This document shows, one piece after another, positions 20,842-31,212 of a DNA stretch of 64,000 nt. Position 1 is the stretch's first letter. Each line of letters opens with the position of its first letter. The translations under genes were made by a program, and so were the position numbers. This DNA comes from Nitrospinales bacterium (GTDB lineage Bacteria > Nitrospinota > Nitrospinia > Nitrospinales > VA-1): the NCBI GenBank assembly GCA_965223795.1, contig CBDCXL010000001.1:224001-288000 (forward strand), in the 5' to 3' direction. The notes beneath the pieces were generated by a model, which saw only the letters and a program-made list of their open reading frames with translations, searched no databases and was not told the origin of the DNA.

Positions 20842-21588
20842 GTGCCCACAGACATGCAGTTTCAGGTCAGCCGCAGTTTCTCCCGCCACGCCGAGCATTA
20901 CGAACGGCATGCCGGGCTGCAGCGCGTCATGGCGGAAAAGCTGGCGGAGTATCTGCCGGATTCGCTGCCGGATCACGTCACCGAAGTGGGCTGCGGCACC
21001 GGGTTGTTCACCCGCCATCTACTGGCCCGCACGCCGCGGCGGCTGGTGCTCAACGACATCGCGCCGGGAATGATCGCCTACCTGCAATCGCGTCTGGCTC
21101 TGCCGGAGGCAACGCAGATCCTGCCCGGAAACGCGGAAAAGCTCGACTTTTCCGAAACCGGTCTCATTGCGGGCAACGCGGTGTTCCAGTGGTTCGAAAC
21201 GAACGGGCAGACGCTCAAGCGGTTTCATACGGCCCTGGTTCCCGGCGGCCGGATTCTGTTCAGCACCTTCGGTCCCGGAACGCTGCGGGAATTCCGGGAA
21301 ACCGCCGGGATGCCCAGCCCGGCGCATCTGCTTTCGCTTGAAGAATGGAAAACCGCGCTTGAGACGGCGGGATTCGAGATCGCCGCAAGCCGCAGCGAGA
21401 TGCGGCGCACGCATTTTCCCGACACGCTGGCGCTGATGCGCAACCTGCAGCAGATGGGCGCGGCGCCGCTCAGGCTGTTTTCCGCGGGCGGGCTGCGGCG
21501 GACGATGCGTGCGCACGACAAACGCTTCGCCATCGACGGCGGCGTGCCCGCGACCTGGGAACTGCTGTACCTTTCGGCCACGCGCTGA
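20842..21588 (+). CDS. bioC: Malonyl-ACP O-methyltransferase
   Basis: SFSRHAEHYERHAGLQR, EVGCGTG, NAVFQW, STFGPGTLRE. Clustered with bioF. Confidence 0.85.
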   Translation: MPTDMQFQVSRSFSRHAEHYERHAGLQRVMAEKLAEYLPDSLPDHVTEVGCGTGLFTRHLLARTPRRLVLNDIAPGMIAYLQSRLALPEATQILPGNAEKLDFSETGLIAGNAVFQWFETNGQTLKRFHTALVPGGRILFSTFGPGTLREFRETAGMPSPAHLLSLEEWKTALETAGFEIAASRSEMRRTHFPDTLALMRNLQQMGAAPLRLFSAGGLRRTMRAHDKRFAIDGGVPATWELLYLSATR

Positions 21589-21649
21589 ACACCGGTCTGC
21601 TTCCAGTTCCCGGCTGCCCGCCGGGAAACGATTCTTCTCATCTGTGTTG

Positions 21650-23539
21650 ATGCCTGCCCTGGAACTCTTCAAAAGCAATCTTGCGCTTCTGAATCAGACG
21701 CAGCCGGAACTGGCGCGGCGGCTGGAATCGGTGCGCCCGTCCGGGCGTTATGAAGCGGAGCCTTCGCGCTCCGGTGCCACGGCTCTGTTTTACCTGCATG
21801 CGGACGGCAGCCGCAAGACCCTGCACAGCTCTTACGATCCCGTCAAGGAGGCGGAGCGGTTCGCCGATTCTCTGGATATCCAGGGTTCGCTGCATTTCTG
21901 GGTGACCGGGCTGGGACTGGGATACCACCTTGTGGAACTGGTCAAACGGATTCCGCCGTCGGCGCGTGTGTTCATCGTCGAAAAGGAAATCGAAGTCGCG
22001 CATCTGGCGCTCACGCACAGCGACCTGACGCCGGTGCTCGCGCATCCGGGCGTGCGCCTGCACGTGGGAATCCGGCCGGACGAGGTGAACGCCGTTCTGG
22101 GGGACGCGCGCACGGAGTTCGGCCTGAACGGGCATGTCGCGGTCGCGTTCAAGCCGCTTGTCGATGCGGAGGCGGACTACTACGCCGCTCTCGGATTAAA
22201 TCTGGACAAGGCGTTGCGCGAAAGCCGCATCGATCTGGCCACCAAGGCGGCGTTTTCGCAGTCGTTTTACCGCAACATTCTGGAAAACTGGGATGCGCTG
22301 CTCGACAGTCCGGGGATCGCTCAATTGCAAGACAGCCTTTCCGGCGTGCCCTGTGTCGTGGTGTCCGCCGGACCGTCGCTCGATAAAAACGCGGCGCTGC
22401 TCAAATCCGCCGGGGACAAGGCGTTGATCGTCACCGTCGCTACTGCTTTGAAGGCGCTGCGGAACGCGGGCATCCGGCCGGACTTCGTGATGGCCAACGA
22501 TCCGGATCGCTCCACGCTCAGGGCGTTCGGGCCGGGAGCGCCGGAGCCGGACCTGTGGCTGGTGTACGACCCCTGCGTTCCCGCGGACATCGTCGAATGT
22601 TTTGCCGGGCACAGGCTGGCGGCGGAGTCCGGCGCGGCGCTGTCGCAGTGGCTGGCGCGCAACCATCTGGCGCACGGATCGCTGGGCACGGTGTTGTCGG
22701 TGGCGCACGCGGCGTATCAGTTTGCGCGCCACTTGGGCTGCACGCCCATCATCCTGACCGGGCAGGATCTGGCGTTCGACCGCACGCGCATGCATTGCTC
22801 CGGCTCGTTTTATGACCAATTTCATTGTGACCGGGTCAACGAACGGCTGCCGGTGCAATCCCTGGAGCAGCAAAAGTTCGAAGGCTACGCGGAATCGCTG
22901 GGCACGCTGAGCGATGTGTTCGGCCAACCGGCCGCGACCACGCTGGCGCTCGACGCCTATCGCAACCGGTTCGCGGAGGTCATCGGCGGCGCCGCCGATG
23001 TGATCAACGCGACCGAAGGCGGGATTCCCATACCCGGCGTTGAAAACCGCACCCTGCGCGAGGCGCTGCACCGGCACTGCCGCGGGACGGTGGGCGAGCG
23101 GAAGAAACGGTTCCGTGATCAAATCGCCGCCCCGCCCTGCCCCGATGCGCTGCTTGCTGCTTTGCAGGAGATGAAGTCACGGTTTCACACGATCCATGGA
23201 AAGGTTGTGCGGCTCCGGACACAGCATGCCGGTTCCGGAAATGGTGCGAGAGATGGCAAACAGAGATTCGTGCGTGAGGCGGAATCGCTGTACCGGGATC
23301 TTCTGGCGGAACCGGAATCGCTCAAGCTGATGCAGGGCTATCGCTATGCGGGGTTCGTGCAGTGGAGCCAGGAAAATGCGCGGCTGCAGCGCAAGCAAGG
23401 CGGCGTGACGGAAAACCAGATTCTGGATGCCAAAGCCAGCCGGGACGCGGCGTTCCTGCCGGTGCTGGAGGAGGCGTCGGGATTTCTGGCTGAGGCGTTC
23501 GCGAAAATGGCCGAACGGGCGAAATGCCATGTGACTTGA
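21650..23539 (+). CDS. Motility-associated factor (Maf, DUF115/MptE-like) glycosyltransferase
   Basis: LHSSYDPVKEA, GLGLGYH, VVSAGPSLDKN, SVAH, PIILTGQDLAF, INATEGG. Confidence 0.85.
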   Translation: MPALELFKSNLALLNQTQPELARRLESVRPSGRYEAEPSRSGATALFYLHADGSRKTLHSSYDPVKEAERFADSLDIQGSLHFWVTGLGLGYHLVELVKRIPPSARVFIVEKEIEVAHLALTHSDLTPVLAHPGVRLHVGIRPDEVNAVLGDARTEFGLNGHVAVAFKPLVDAEADYYAALGLNLDKALRESRIDLATKAAFSQSFYRNILENWDALLDSPGIAQLQDSLSGVPCVVVSAGPSLDKNAALLKSAGDKALIVTVATALKALRNAGIRPDFVMANDPDRSTLRAFGPGAPEPDLWLVYDPCVPADIVECFAGHRLAAESGAALSQWLARNHLAHGSLGTVLSVAHAAYQFARHLGCTPIILTGQDLAFDRTRMHCSGSFYDQFHCDRVNERLPVQSLEQQKFEGYAESLGTLSDVFGQPAATTLALDAYRNRFAEVIGGAADVINATEGGIPIPGVENRTLREALHRHCRGTVGERKKRFRDQIAAPPCPDALLAALQEMKSRFHTIHGKVVRLRTQHAGSGNGARDGKQRFVREAESLYRDLLAEPESLKLMQGYRYAGFVQWSQENARLQRKQGGVTENQILDAKASRDAAFLPVLEEASGFLAEAFAKMAERAKCHVT

Positions 23540-23583
23540 AAAAGCAGGTCACTCGGATTTGAACAGCGGGTCTTGTGAAGCCG

Positions 23584-25248
23584 CTAACAAGGTAAAGTGA
23601 AATAGAACGTGCTGCCTTTTCCACGTTCGCAGATGACTTCCACCTTCCCGCCGTGCATGCCGATCAATTTTTTTACGATGGCCAATCCCAGACCCGTTGC
23701 TTTTTCCCCTCCTGTCGGTTTGGGGCTCAATGTTTGAAATTCATCAAAAAGCAGTTTCTGTTCCTCCGAACATATGCCCGGACCTTCGTCAGTGACTGAA
23801 AACCGGATGAAACCATTCGGGTCCAATGCTGTGGCGATCTGAATTTTTGAATGATGCGGAGAAAATTTAATCGCATTGCTGATCAAATTGCCGACGGACT
23901 GAGCGATTGCGCTTTGATCGTATTTTGTCGGGGGAATATCGCTTAAGTCCAGACAAAGTCCGATGTCTTTCTTTTGAGCGATCAAACGAAAGATTTCAAA
24001 CTGGTTTTCCACCAGTTCGTTGAGATTTTGCTCCATCAAATCCAGTTCGAAATTACCGCTTTCGATTTTGGATATATCCAGAAGGTTGTCAAGCAGGCTT
24101 TGCATGAATTGGCTGGACGAATGGATTTTGGCGGCATGCTTTTTGTTGTTTGAATGAGCGTCACCGGTCAGTTCATCCATGAGGATTTCACTGTATGATT
24201 TGATCAGATACAGAGGATTTCGCAAGTCGTGGGAAGCGATACCGAGGAACTTGTTTTTAAGTTTGTTCAACTCGCTCAGTTTTTTATTTGCCTCGGAGAG
24301 TTCCTGATTTTGTTTGCGGGTCAATTCTTCGCAGCGGTGATGCTCGATGGCATCTGCTATCAGACCGCCGATGGATATCAGAATTTCATTGTTGCGCTCG
24401 TAGTAGGGAGTGATCTGAGTGGGGAAAAGCACGAGAATGCCAATGTGACCCGTGTGTCCGTTGAGCGGTACCAGGTAAAGGCCATTGTTTTTTTCATGCG
24501 GGGATCCTGTCGCACTCTCCAGGTCGATCAGACAGCAGTTTTTGACGGATTCTTCGCTCGTGACGATTTTGTTCCAGGCGATACCGTGCGATAAAAACAA
24601 TTCCTCGTCAGCCTCTGAAAAGTCGCCGATGGTTGAAATCAGGTTGAAACTATGTTCATCTTCATCAAGAAGAAAGATGCCGGCTTTGGATTCGAAATGG
24701 AAGGTTTTGGATTTGACGATCGTTTTCATGGCTTCTTTCAACATGCTGTCCATCTTGCCAACGATATGAAGAATCTTTGCGATTTCATGCATCAGTTCAT
24801 ATTCTTCCGTGCGCTGCCGGGTCAGTTCTTCTGCACGTTTTCTTCTTGTGATGTCCCTTATTATTCCAGTGAAAATAAAAGAATCGGACCATTTCGTGGC
24901 TGATATGGTGATTTCTATGGGGAATTCCGTGCCATTTTTGTGAAGGGCGGACAATTCGATTTCCTGGTTCAACACACGGCTTTTCCCTGTGGTGATAAAG
25001 CGATCGAGACTTTTGCAGTGGGGTTCCCGATATCTGGGGGGAATGATGGTTTCAGCGAGGTTTTTACCGATGACTTGAGAGGCGGGCCATCCGAATATGG
25101 ATTCCGCGCCTTTGTTCCAATTGCGGATCATCCCTTTTGAGTCCATTGAGATGATCGCGTCGAATGCACTGTCCAAAATAGATTGCGTCAACTCTTCGCT
25201 TTCTTTCAGTGCTTCTCCGACTCTCTCCAATATGATCGATTTCATCAC
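23584..25248 (-). CDS. PAS + GAF-like sensor histidine kinase (AT-richer gene)
   Basis: PAS (DAIISMD..WNKGAESIFGW..FTGIIRDITRRK), ASHDLRNPL, NLISNAIKFS, DEGPGI, TGLGLAIVK. RBS AGGAGG. Confidence 0.9.
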   Translation of the reverse strand: MMKSIILERVGEALKESEELTQSILDSAFDAIISMDSKGMIRNWNKGAESIFGWPASQVIGKNLAETIIPPRYREPHCKSLDRFITTGKSRVLNQEIELSALHKNGTEFPIEITISATKWSDSFIFTGIIRDITRRKRAEELTRQRTEEYELMHEIAKILHIVGKMDSMLKEAMKTIVKSKTFHFESKAGIFLLDEDEHSFNLISTIGDFSEADEELFLSHGIAWNKIVTSEESVKNCCLIDLESATGSPHEKNNGLYLVPLNGHTGHIGILVLFPTQITPYYERNNEILISIGGLIADAIEHHRCEELTRKQNQELSEANKKLSELNKLKNKFLGIASHDLRNPLYLIKSYSEILMDELTGDAHSNNKKHAAKIHSSSQFMQSLLDNLLDISKIESGNFELDLMEQNLNELVENQFEIFRLIAQKKDIGLCLDLSDIPPTKYDQSAIAQSVGNLISNAIKFSPHHSKIQIATALDPNGFIRFSVTDEGPGICSEEQKLLFDEFQTLSPKPTGGEKATGLGLAIVKKLIGMHGGKVEVICERGKGSTFYFTLPC

Positions 25249-25558
25249 CCTTCACCTCCTCACAAAAACCAGAATGACTTCCTGCTGTACCGTTCGCAAA
25301 AGCTGAAAATGAACTCAATTATTCTTGTGTGGGGGGAAGTGGATCTCCTTTCAGAACAATTGGAATATTCGTTTTTAATGTAGGCTTGGTGGTAAAAATT
25401 GCAACTATTATTCAAATGGATTTCGATAGGGGCATGGTCGGGTGGAGGGGAGTTTTCTACTGCCGTGAAACAGCAGGCGGGTCTTCGGGAACAGGATTTA
25501 AATTCATGGTTTTATTGCACGTTCGGTTGCTGGAAAAACATCGCCTGATTTTGCAGTT

Positions 25559-26539
25559 TTACTTTTTCACCGCTTCGAGGATGCTGGAACCCTGGGTGAG
25601 CCGGTGGGTCTTGAAGGAACCGAATCCGGTGTCTTTGAGCAGGGTCTCGGTTTCCCGGAAGGTGTAGGATTTTCCGGTTTCGGTGAACAGCAGCATGGTG
25701 AGCGCGAACAGGGCGGCGTCGTAGGGCTCGGTGCGGTTTTCCTTGAGGAACAGGTCGACGATGAACAGCCGTCCGCCGGGATTGAGTGCCTGGTGGATTT
25801 TTTTGAACAGCGTTTCGTTCTGCTGCGGGTTGTAAATGTGCAGGATGTTGGAGAACAGCACGGTGTCGCGGCCGGTGCCGTAACCGGTGTCGAACAGATC
25901 CCCTTCCAGAAATTCGATGCGCTTAGTAACCTTGTCCGCAGCCAGGATCTCGCGCGCGGCTTCCAGCGTCGCGGGCCGGTCGAGCAGGGTCGCGGTGGCT
26001 TTTTTGTCTTTTTTTAGAATCTCGGCGCTGTAGGTGCCCGGTCCCGCGCCGAGATCGAGCAGGTTCCCCACTTTCCGCTTCGTGACGACGGCCGCCACTC
26101 TCCTGGCGTAGGGGGTGCTGCGCTCGTGCATGGCGTGCGTGAACGGGCGGCGGAACTCGGGGTCGTCCGGACCTTCGAATTCGGACAGGTCGCGGCCGTG
26201 CTGGATGGTCTTGAGCAGGCCGGCCCACTCGTCGCGGTTCTGGCCGCGCAGATACACGATGCCGCGTTTGTAGTGCCGGCTGGTCTCGCACAGGTGCTTG
26301 TAGGTCTCAGACGTGTTCTTGAAACGGTCTTTTGTTTTGCGCAGCGCGCCCATCGCGGCGAGGGCGTTCAAGAAAGGGCCGGTGGCCTCGCGATCGATGT
26401 CCGCCTTCTGCGCCACTTCATCGGCGGTGAGCGCCTGCTTGTCCAGTATCGAAAACAGTTTCAGCTCCAGCGCCGCGAGCAGGATGTTGGCTTCTTCCAG
26501 CTGGTCGATCTTGTCTACGATCTCATCGAATGTGAGCAT
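25559..26539 (-). CDS. SAM-dependent O-methyltransferase (class 2, dimerisation domain)
   Basis: LAALELKLFS N-terminal domain, LLDLGAGPG, GDLF, LFSNILH, LNPGGRLFIVD. Confidence 0.88.
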   Translation of the reverse strand: MLTFDEIVDKIDQLEEANILLAALELKLFSILDKQALTADEVAQKADIDREATGPFLNALAAMGALRKTKDRFKNTSETYKHLCETSRHYKRGIVYLRGQNRDEWAGLLKTIQHGRDLSEFEGPDDPEFRRPFTHAMHERSTPYARRVAAVVTKRKVGNLLDLGAGPGTYSAEILKKDKKATATLLDRPATLEAAREILAADKVTKRIEFLEGDLFDTGYGTGRDTVLFSNILHIYNPQQNETLFKKIHQALNPGGRLFIVDLFLKENRTEPYDAALFALTMLLFTETGKSYTFRETETLLKDTGFGSFKTHRLTQGSSILEAVKK

Positions 26540-26575
26540 GGTATCTCTATTGGCTGGATGCGGATGACTCCGGCC

Positions 26576-27232
26576 TCATTCCGCGAGCAGGGGCTTGATC
26601 ATTTTATCCAGGCCGAGTCCGGAGCCGAACAGCTTGTGCCGCAGCACGCCTTTTTTGTCGATGATGAGCGTCGAGGGCGTGCCGCGCAGGTCGTAGGTTT
26701 CGAAGGTTTTGGCGTCGTACTGTTTCTGCTTGATGTAGGCGATCACCTGCGAGCGCACCATGGTCTTGGATTTTTCCGGCAGCGCGTCGAAGTTGTCGAT
26801 GTCGCGCTGAATGATCTTCTGCACTTCCTCTTCGGAGAAATCTTCGTTGTTCTTTTCCAGCTTGTCCCAGGCCACGGGAAACGGGATGGGATAGTGCAGC
26901 TTGTTGCCGTTGAGCATGTTCGCCGTGGACAGCTTGGACAGGGTCTCGCCGACGACCTCGCCTTTGTGCACGAGCTTCTTGAGATTCTCCAGATTGTTCT
27001 TGTCGAAGTCCTCGAACGCCGTCGCCAGCCCCCAGACGGTGAACGGCTGGTCTATCAAAGCCTGTTGCAGGTCGATGACTTCCGGAATGCCGGCGATGAA
27101 GCAGCCGGGACAGTTGACCTGGAACACTTCGATCAGGAGTACCCTGCCCCGTTGCTCCTCGATGGTGGTCGGGTCGCCCTGCACCCATTGGTCGAGGATC
27201 AGTTCGGGGGCTTTTTCGTTCACTTGTGCCAT
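26576..27232 (-). CDS. Thioredoxin-fold (TlpA/redoxin-like) protein
   Basis: APEL..W, FQVNCPGC (CxxC), LRGTPSTLIIDKKGVLR. Confidence 0.8.
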   Translation of the reverse strand: MAQVNEKAPELILDQWVQGDPTTIEEQRGRVLLIEVFQVNCPGCFIAGIPEVIDLQQALIDQPFTVWGLATAFEDFDKNNLENLKKLVHKGEVVGETLSKLSTANMLNGNKLHYPIPFPVAWDKLEKNNEDFSEEEVQKIIQRDIDNFDALPEKSKTMVRSQVIAYIKQKQYDAKTFETYDLRGTPSTLIIDKKGVLRHKLFGSGLGLDKMIKPLLAE

Positions 27233-27278
27233 AAGCGGTGGTCCGTGCTGGTGATGACAGGCGGCGGGTGCCGGATGA

Positions 27279-28130
27279 TCATCCGGCGGCGTTCGCGTTC
27301 TCGATTTTGTTTCTCATCTGCTCGATCAGGGTGCGCACGGAATCGGGCGGGCCGTGTTTCAACGCCTCGTCCAGGATGTACAACGCCCTGCTCTTTTCGC
27401 CTTTCAGGTCGTAAACCATGCCAAGCATAACATGGGACATGAAAAATTTGTCCCCCCGGGGATGATTTTTCACGATGGTGTTCCACTGGCGCACGGCTTC
27501 GGAATACTTTCTCAGCTTGTAGTAGGCGGTGCCGAGGCCGAAGTGCAGGTTGTCTTTCAGGGAGCGGGGCGGTTTTCTGAGAAGGAGCTGGTTGAATTTT
27601 TTGATGCTGCGCTTGTACTGGCCGTCTTTCAACAGACCGATGGCGCGGTTGTAGTCCGCCTGGGTGAAGCGCGGCGGGGGCGGCGGGACGTAGTAAGCCT
27701 GTTTGAGTCTTTTTTTGAGCAGTTCTTGAGAAGCTTGAAGAAACGCGATTTCCTGCTTCAGCTGCTTGCTTTTTGCGGCTTCCGATGCCATTTTTTCACG
27801 GAACTGAGCCTCAATCTCGCTGGTCCGCACGGCGGTGAAGGACATGGCGTGCTGCAGAGCCAGCGTCTGCCGGTTGAGGCCCTGCTGCTTCATCGCCAGC
27901 AACTGCATGTCGTCTTCCACGTCGTCCAGCGCCTGCTGGCGGGCTTTCCGGAGATCCAGCTCTTCCTGCGACGGCGGAATCCAGATGTGCATCTCAACCG
28001 GTGAGGGATCCGCCGCTGTCTCCTCAGGCTGCGGCGCCGACGCGCAGGCCGCGGCCAGAATCGCACAGGACAGGATCGAAACGTGGAAAAAAGGCCGCAG
28101 TTGGGTTAAAGTAAATAAAGTAGCAGACAT
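27279..28130 (-). CDS. TPR lipoprotein, CpoB/YbgF-like
   Basis: Lipobox-like LAAAC, coiled coil, TPRs ([33 protein letters not shown]). Confidence 0.7.
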   Translation of the reverse strand: MSATLFTLTQLRPFFHVSILSCAILAAACASAPQPEETAADPSPVEMHIWIPPSQEELDLRKARQQALDDVEDDMQLLAMKQQGLNRQTLALQHAMSFTAVRTSEIEAQFREKMASEAAKSKQLKQEIAFLQASQELLKKRLKQAYYVPPPPPRFTQADYNRAIGLLKDGQYKRSIKKFNQLLLRKPPRSLKDNLHFGLGTAYYKLRKYSEAVRQWNTIVKNHPRGDKFFMSHVMLGMVYDLKGEKSRALYILDEALKHGPPDSVRTLIEQMRNKIENANAAG

Positions 28131-28172
28131 ACGTTTTATTCTAAGGTATTAACCTTTATTATTCAAGGTGTT

Positions 28173-29096
28173 ATGAGCGATTACTATTCCATTCTCGGTG
28201 TCGACCGCAAGGCCTCGAAGGACGAGATCAAAAAGGCCTACCGCAAGCTGGCGATGCAGTACCACCCGGACCGCAACAAGGACAATGCGGGGGCGGAGGA
28301 CAAGTTCAAGGAGATCAGCGAAGCGTACGCGGTGCTCAGCGACGACAAGAAGCGCAAGCAGTTCGACCAGTTCGGCGCCGACGGCTTCCACAGGAAATAT
28401 TCCCAGGAGGACATCTTCCGGGGCTTCGATATGAACGAGGTGTTTCAGGGATTCGGCTTCAATTTCGGCGGCGGCGACCCGATGCAGGGGATCGAGGATT
28501 TTTTCCGCACCGGCAGCTTCCGCCGCTCCGGAGTTTCCTTCGAAGACATCTTTCACGGAGGCGGCCGCGGTTCGGGTCCGCAGCGCGGGCAGGACGTGGA
28601 AGCGCTGCTGACGGTCAGCTTCGAGGAAGCGGCGCTGGGCGCGGAGAAGCGCTTTTCGCTGCAGTCCAACGGCCACAATCAGGAAACCAGCGTGCGCATC
28701 CCGGCCGGGATCGCCGACGGCAAGAAACTCCGGCTCAAGGGCAAGGGCAACCCCGGTCCCCAGGGCGCACCGGCGGGCGACCTGTATCTGAAAGTGCAGG
28801 TCCAGCCCCACCCCCGGTTCCAGCGCGAGGGCAACGACATCCTGACCGACCTGGAGATCCATCTGTCCGAGGCGCTGCTGGGCACGATGCGGGAGGTGCC
28901 GACGCTGTCCGGGCCGAAAAACCTCAAGATCCCGCCTGGAACCCAGAGCCATTCGCGGCTCAGGCTCAAAGGCCAGGGCATCGCCGGTCCCAAGGGAACG
29001 GGCGATCAGCTGGTGCGGGTCATCGTGAAACTGCCCCGGGCGCTGACCAACGAGCAGACCCGGCTCGTCGAGGAACTGCAGAAAAGCGGATTGTGA
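28173..29096 (+). CDS. cbpA: Class II J-domain protein (DnaJ/CbpA-like, no zinc finger)
   Basis: [11 protein letters not shown] motif, G/F-rich linker, C-terminal domain ([21 protein letters not shown]). No CxxCxGxG repeats. Confidence 0.85.
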   Translation: MSDYYSILGVDRKASKDEIKKAYRKLAMQYHPDRNKDNAGAEDKFKEISEAYAVLSDDKKRKQFDQFGADGFHRKYSQEDIFRGFDMNEVFQGFGFNFGGGDPMQGIEDFFRTGSFRRSGVSFEDIFHGGGRGSGPQRGQDVEALLTVSFEEAALGAEKRFSLQSNGHNQETSVRIPAGIADGKKLRLKGKGNPGPQGAPAGDLYLKVQVQPHPRFQREGNDILTDLEIHLSEALLGTMREVPTLSGPKNLKIPPGTQSHSRLRLKGQGIAGPKGTGDQLVRVIVKLPRALTNEQTRLVEELQKSGL

Positions 29097-29181
29097 CCCA
29101 TCCTTTTGGTTTTTGTGACCCGTTCAGGACGCATTTTTAGAATCCGAACTTCAATTTCAGCATCTTGAGGAAGTGGAAGAC

Positions 29182-29300
29182 GCAGCCTCGCGTACATACG
29201 AGAAGAAAAGCATTGAGACAGGATGGACAGGATAAAAATGAGGGCTGAGTGAGGGGGGATTGAAACAATCCTTCCTCAGTTCCAATCCTGTAATCCTGTC
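29182..29300. repeat. Short palindromic REP/MITE-like element (intact copy)
   Basis: Self-inverted arms GACAGGATGGACAGGAT (29217-29233) and ATCCTGTAATCCTGTC (29285-29300). Inverted homologues at 30306-30364 and 31591-31645; related arm at 41197-41213. Confidence 0.6.
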
Positions 29301-29327
29301 CTGTATTTAATGGAGTGATCTAGATTC

Positions 29328-29624
29328 ATGGCGCGCATCGTATTTCAACCAGACAACATGACGCACGAGGTCGAGGACGGCACCCCGCTCATCGACTGCT
29401 GCGACGAGGTGGACGTTTCCTTGAGCTTCGGCTGCACAGAAGGCACCTGCGGCGTGTGCGAACTCACCGTGGTGAAGGGAATGGAAAACTGCTCGCGGCT
29501 GACGGAAGAGGAAAAGGACTACCTTCTGGAAGAAGACCTGGAAGCGGGCATGCGGCTGGGCTGCCAGCTCAAGGTGCGCAAAGGCGAAGTGACGATCACC
29601 TGGAAGGGCAACCGCGCCAAATGA
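29328..29624 (+). CDS. 2Fe-2S ferredoxin
   Basis: C-x4-C-x2-C (GCTEGTCGVC) and distal RLGCQ. Confidence 0.92.
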   Translation: MARIVFQPDNMTHEVEDGTPLIDCCDEVDVSLSFGCTEGTCGVCELTVVKGMENCSRLTEEEKDYLLEEDLEAGMRLGCQLKVRKGEVTITWKGNRAK

Positions 29625-29669
29625 AAAGATCGATTCTACCAGTATTAGCGTGAAGGATGCAATTCCCCC

Positions 29670-30266
29670 CTACCCTCCCTCATCTTCTTTCCCCGGTTCC
29701 CAGAGGAATTCGGTTTCTCCCAGCTTCACGGCGCTCCAGCGGCTGAACACGAACAGCGCGTCGGACAGGCGGTTGATGTAGGCGATCAGCAGCGGGTCCA
29801 CGGGTTCTTCGCGGTTCAGCGTCACGATCCGGCGCTCGGCGCGGCGGCACACGGTGCGCGCCTGGTGCAGAAACGCCAGCACGGTGCTGCCTCCGGGCAG
29901 GGTGAAGCTGTTGAGCGGTTTCAGCTCGGCGTTCATCGAGTCGATGATGCCTTCCAGCCAGGTCACGTTGGCCTCGCTGATGTATTTTCGCTCGGGGCGT
30001 TCGACGCCGGGCGGCGTCGCCAGCAGGCTGCCGATGTCGAACAGGCGGTTCTGGATGTTCTTGAGGATGCGCTCCAGCCGGTCGCGCTCTTCGGAGGGCG
30101 GTTTCTGCTGGTTGAAGCAGCGCACCAGGCCGAGGATGCTGTTGAGCTCGTCGGTGGTGCCGTAGGCTTCCACCCGTGCGTGGTCTTTGGCGATGCGGAC
30201 GCCTTTGACGAGGGAGGTTTCGCCCTGATCGCCTTTTTTGGTGTAGACCTTGTTGATTCGGACCAT
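29670..30266 (-). CDS. pduO: ATP:cob(I)alamin adenosyltransferase (PduO type)
   Basis: VYTKKGDQGETSL, RVEAYGTTDELNS, ARTVCRRAERR, INRLSDALF. Confidence 0.92.
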   Translation of the reverse strand: MVRINKVYTKKGDQGETSLVKGVRIAKDHARVEAYGTTDELNSILGLVRCFNQQKPPSEERDRLERILKNIQNRLFDIGSLLATPPGVERPERKYISEANVTWLEGIIDSMNAELKPLNSFTLPGGSTVLAFLHQARTVCRRAERRIVTLNREEPVDPLLIAYINRLSDALFVFSRWSAVKLGETEFLWEPGKEDEGG

Positions 30267-30305
30267 GTTCAAACCTCTTTCAGAGGAGGAAAATTCAAGT
30301 CACCA

Positions 30306-30364
30306 GACAGGATAGCAGGATTGGAAATACGGAAGGATTTTTTTAACCCCCCTCACCCCACCCT
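30306..30364. repeat. Inverted half-copy of the 29182-29300 element
   Basis: 30306-30339 matches the reverse complement of 29267-29300 at 29/34 nt; the match extends imperfectly to 29241. Confidence 0.6.
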
Positions 30365-30425
30365 CAAGCCACCTTCAGTTTTTTTATAAGCGGGTGTCGA
30401 GCTATGCTCGGCCAAGCCACCTTCA
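30365..30425 (+). repeat. Isolated ~1.3 copies of the 47/48-bp repeat unit
   Basis: CAAGCCACCTTCAGTTTTTTTATAAGCGGGTGTCGAGCTATGCTCGGC followed by CAAGCCACCTTCA. Confidence 0.9.
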
Positions 30426-30598
30426 ATATTATAAAAATTTGACAGGACTCACCCTTCGACAGGCTCAGGGTGACTCAGGAGCCGCTTCACCCGCCAGCGG
30501 AGCGGCAGTATCGCGAATTCCGATATCCGAATAATATCCGTCCTTGATAATAATTGAAATGGATTTATAGTGATGGCAACTTTATCAGGGGGGAAGCG

Positions 30599-31129
30599 AT
30601 GAAAAGGTTCACTCTTGCCGCCGGGTTGATTTTCTTATTCACATTCAGTGCGGCAGCTTTGTGCCATGCGGAACATGAGACGGCATCGAGCGCAGTTCCA
30701 AACCCGGACAGCGTTCCGGAGTATGAAACCCACGATACCTCGCCCGGCGCATCGCAAAGCCAGGACGACAATACGTTTTACAGCATCGGCGCCTCGGGTT
30801 CATCCGATCATTCCGGTGACACCACGTTCCATGAATTCGGCGATGGAACCACCGGCATCTCCAGGGACATGGGCGACAACACGTTTCATGTTTTCAGCGA
30901 CGGGACATCCGGCACAACCCATCATTCGGGCGGCACTTCCATTCACCAGTCGAGCGACGGGACGTCGGGCACGTCGAAAAACATGGGCAGCTTCACGATT
31001 CATAATTTCAACGACGGCACGACCGGCATCTCCAAGAGCATCGGCGGCATCACGCTGCATAATTTCAGCGATGGAAAGAACTGCACCACTAGCTCTGTAG
31101 GAGGAAACACCATCACGAACTGCAATTGA
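30599..31129 (+). CDS. Secreted protein with five 19-aa Gly/Ser/Thr/His repeats
   Basis: Signal peptide MKRFTLAAGLIFLFTFSAAALCHA. Repeats such as GDTTFHEFGDGTTGISRDM and GDNTFHVFSDGTSGTTHHS. G-rich RBS. Confidence 0.75.
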   Translation: MKRFTLAAGLIFLFTFSAAALCHAEHETASSAVPNPDSVPEYETHDTSPGASQSQDDNTFYSIGASGSSDHSGDTTFHEFGDGTTGISRDMGDNTFHVFSDGTSGTTHHSGGTSIHQSSDGTSGTSKNMGSFTIHNFNDGTTGISKSIGGITLHNFSDGKNCTTSSVGGNTITNCN

Positions 31130-31212
31130 ATTTTACAGATACCGGGATCACGATTTCTTCTTATGGATCACGGAGAGGATCCAGTAATTCTTCTCTCCCC
31201 CTCACCCACCCT

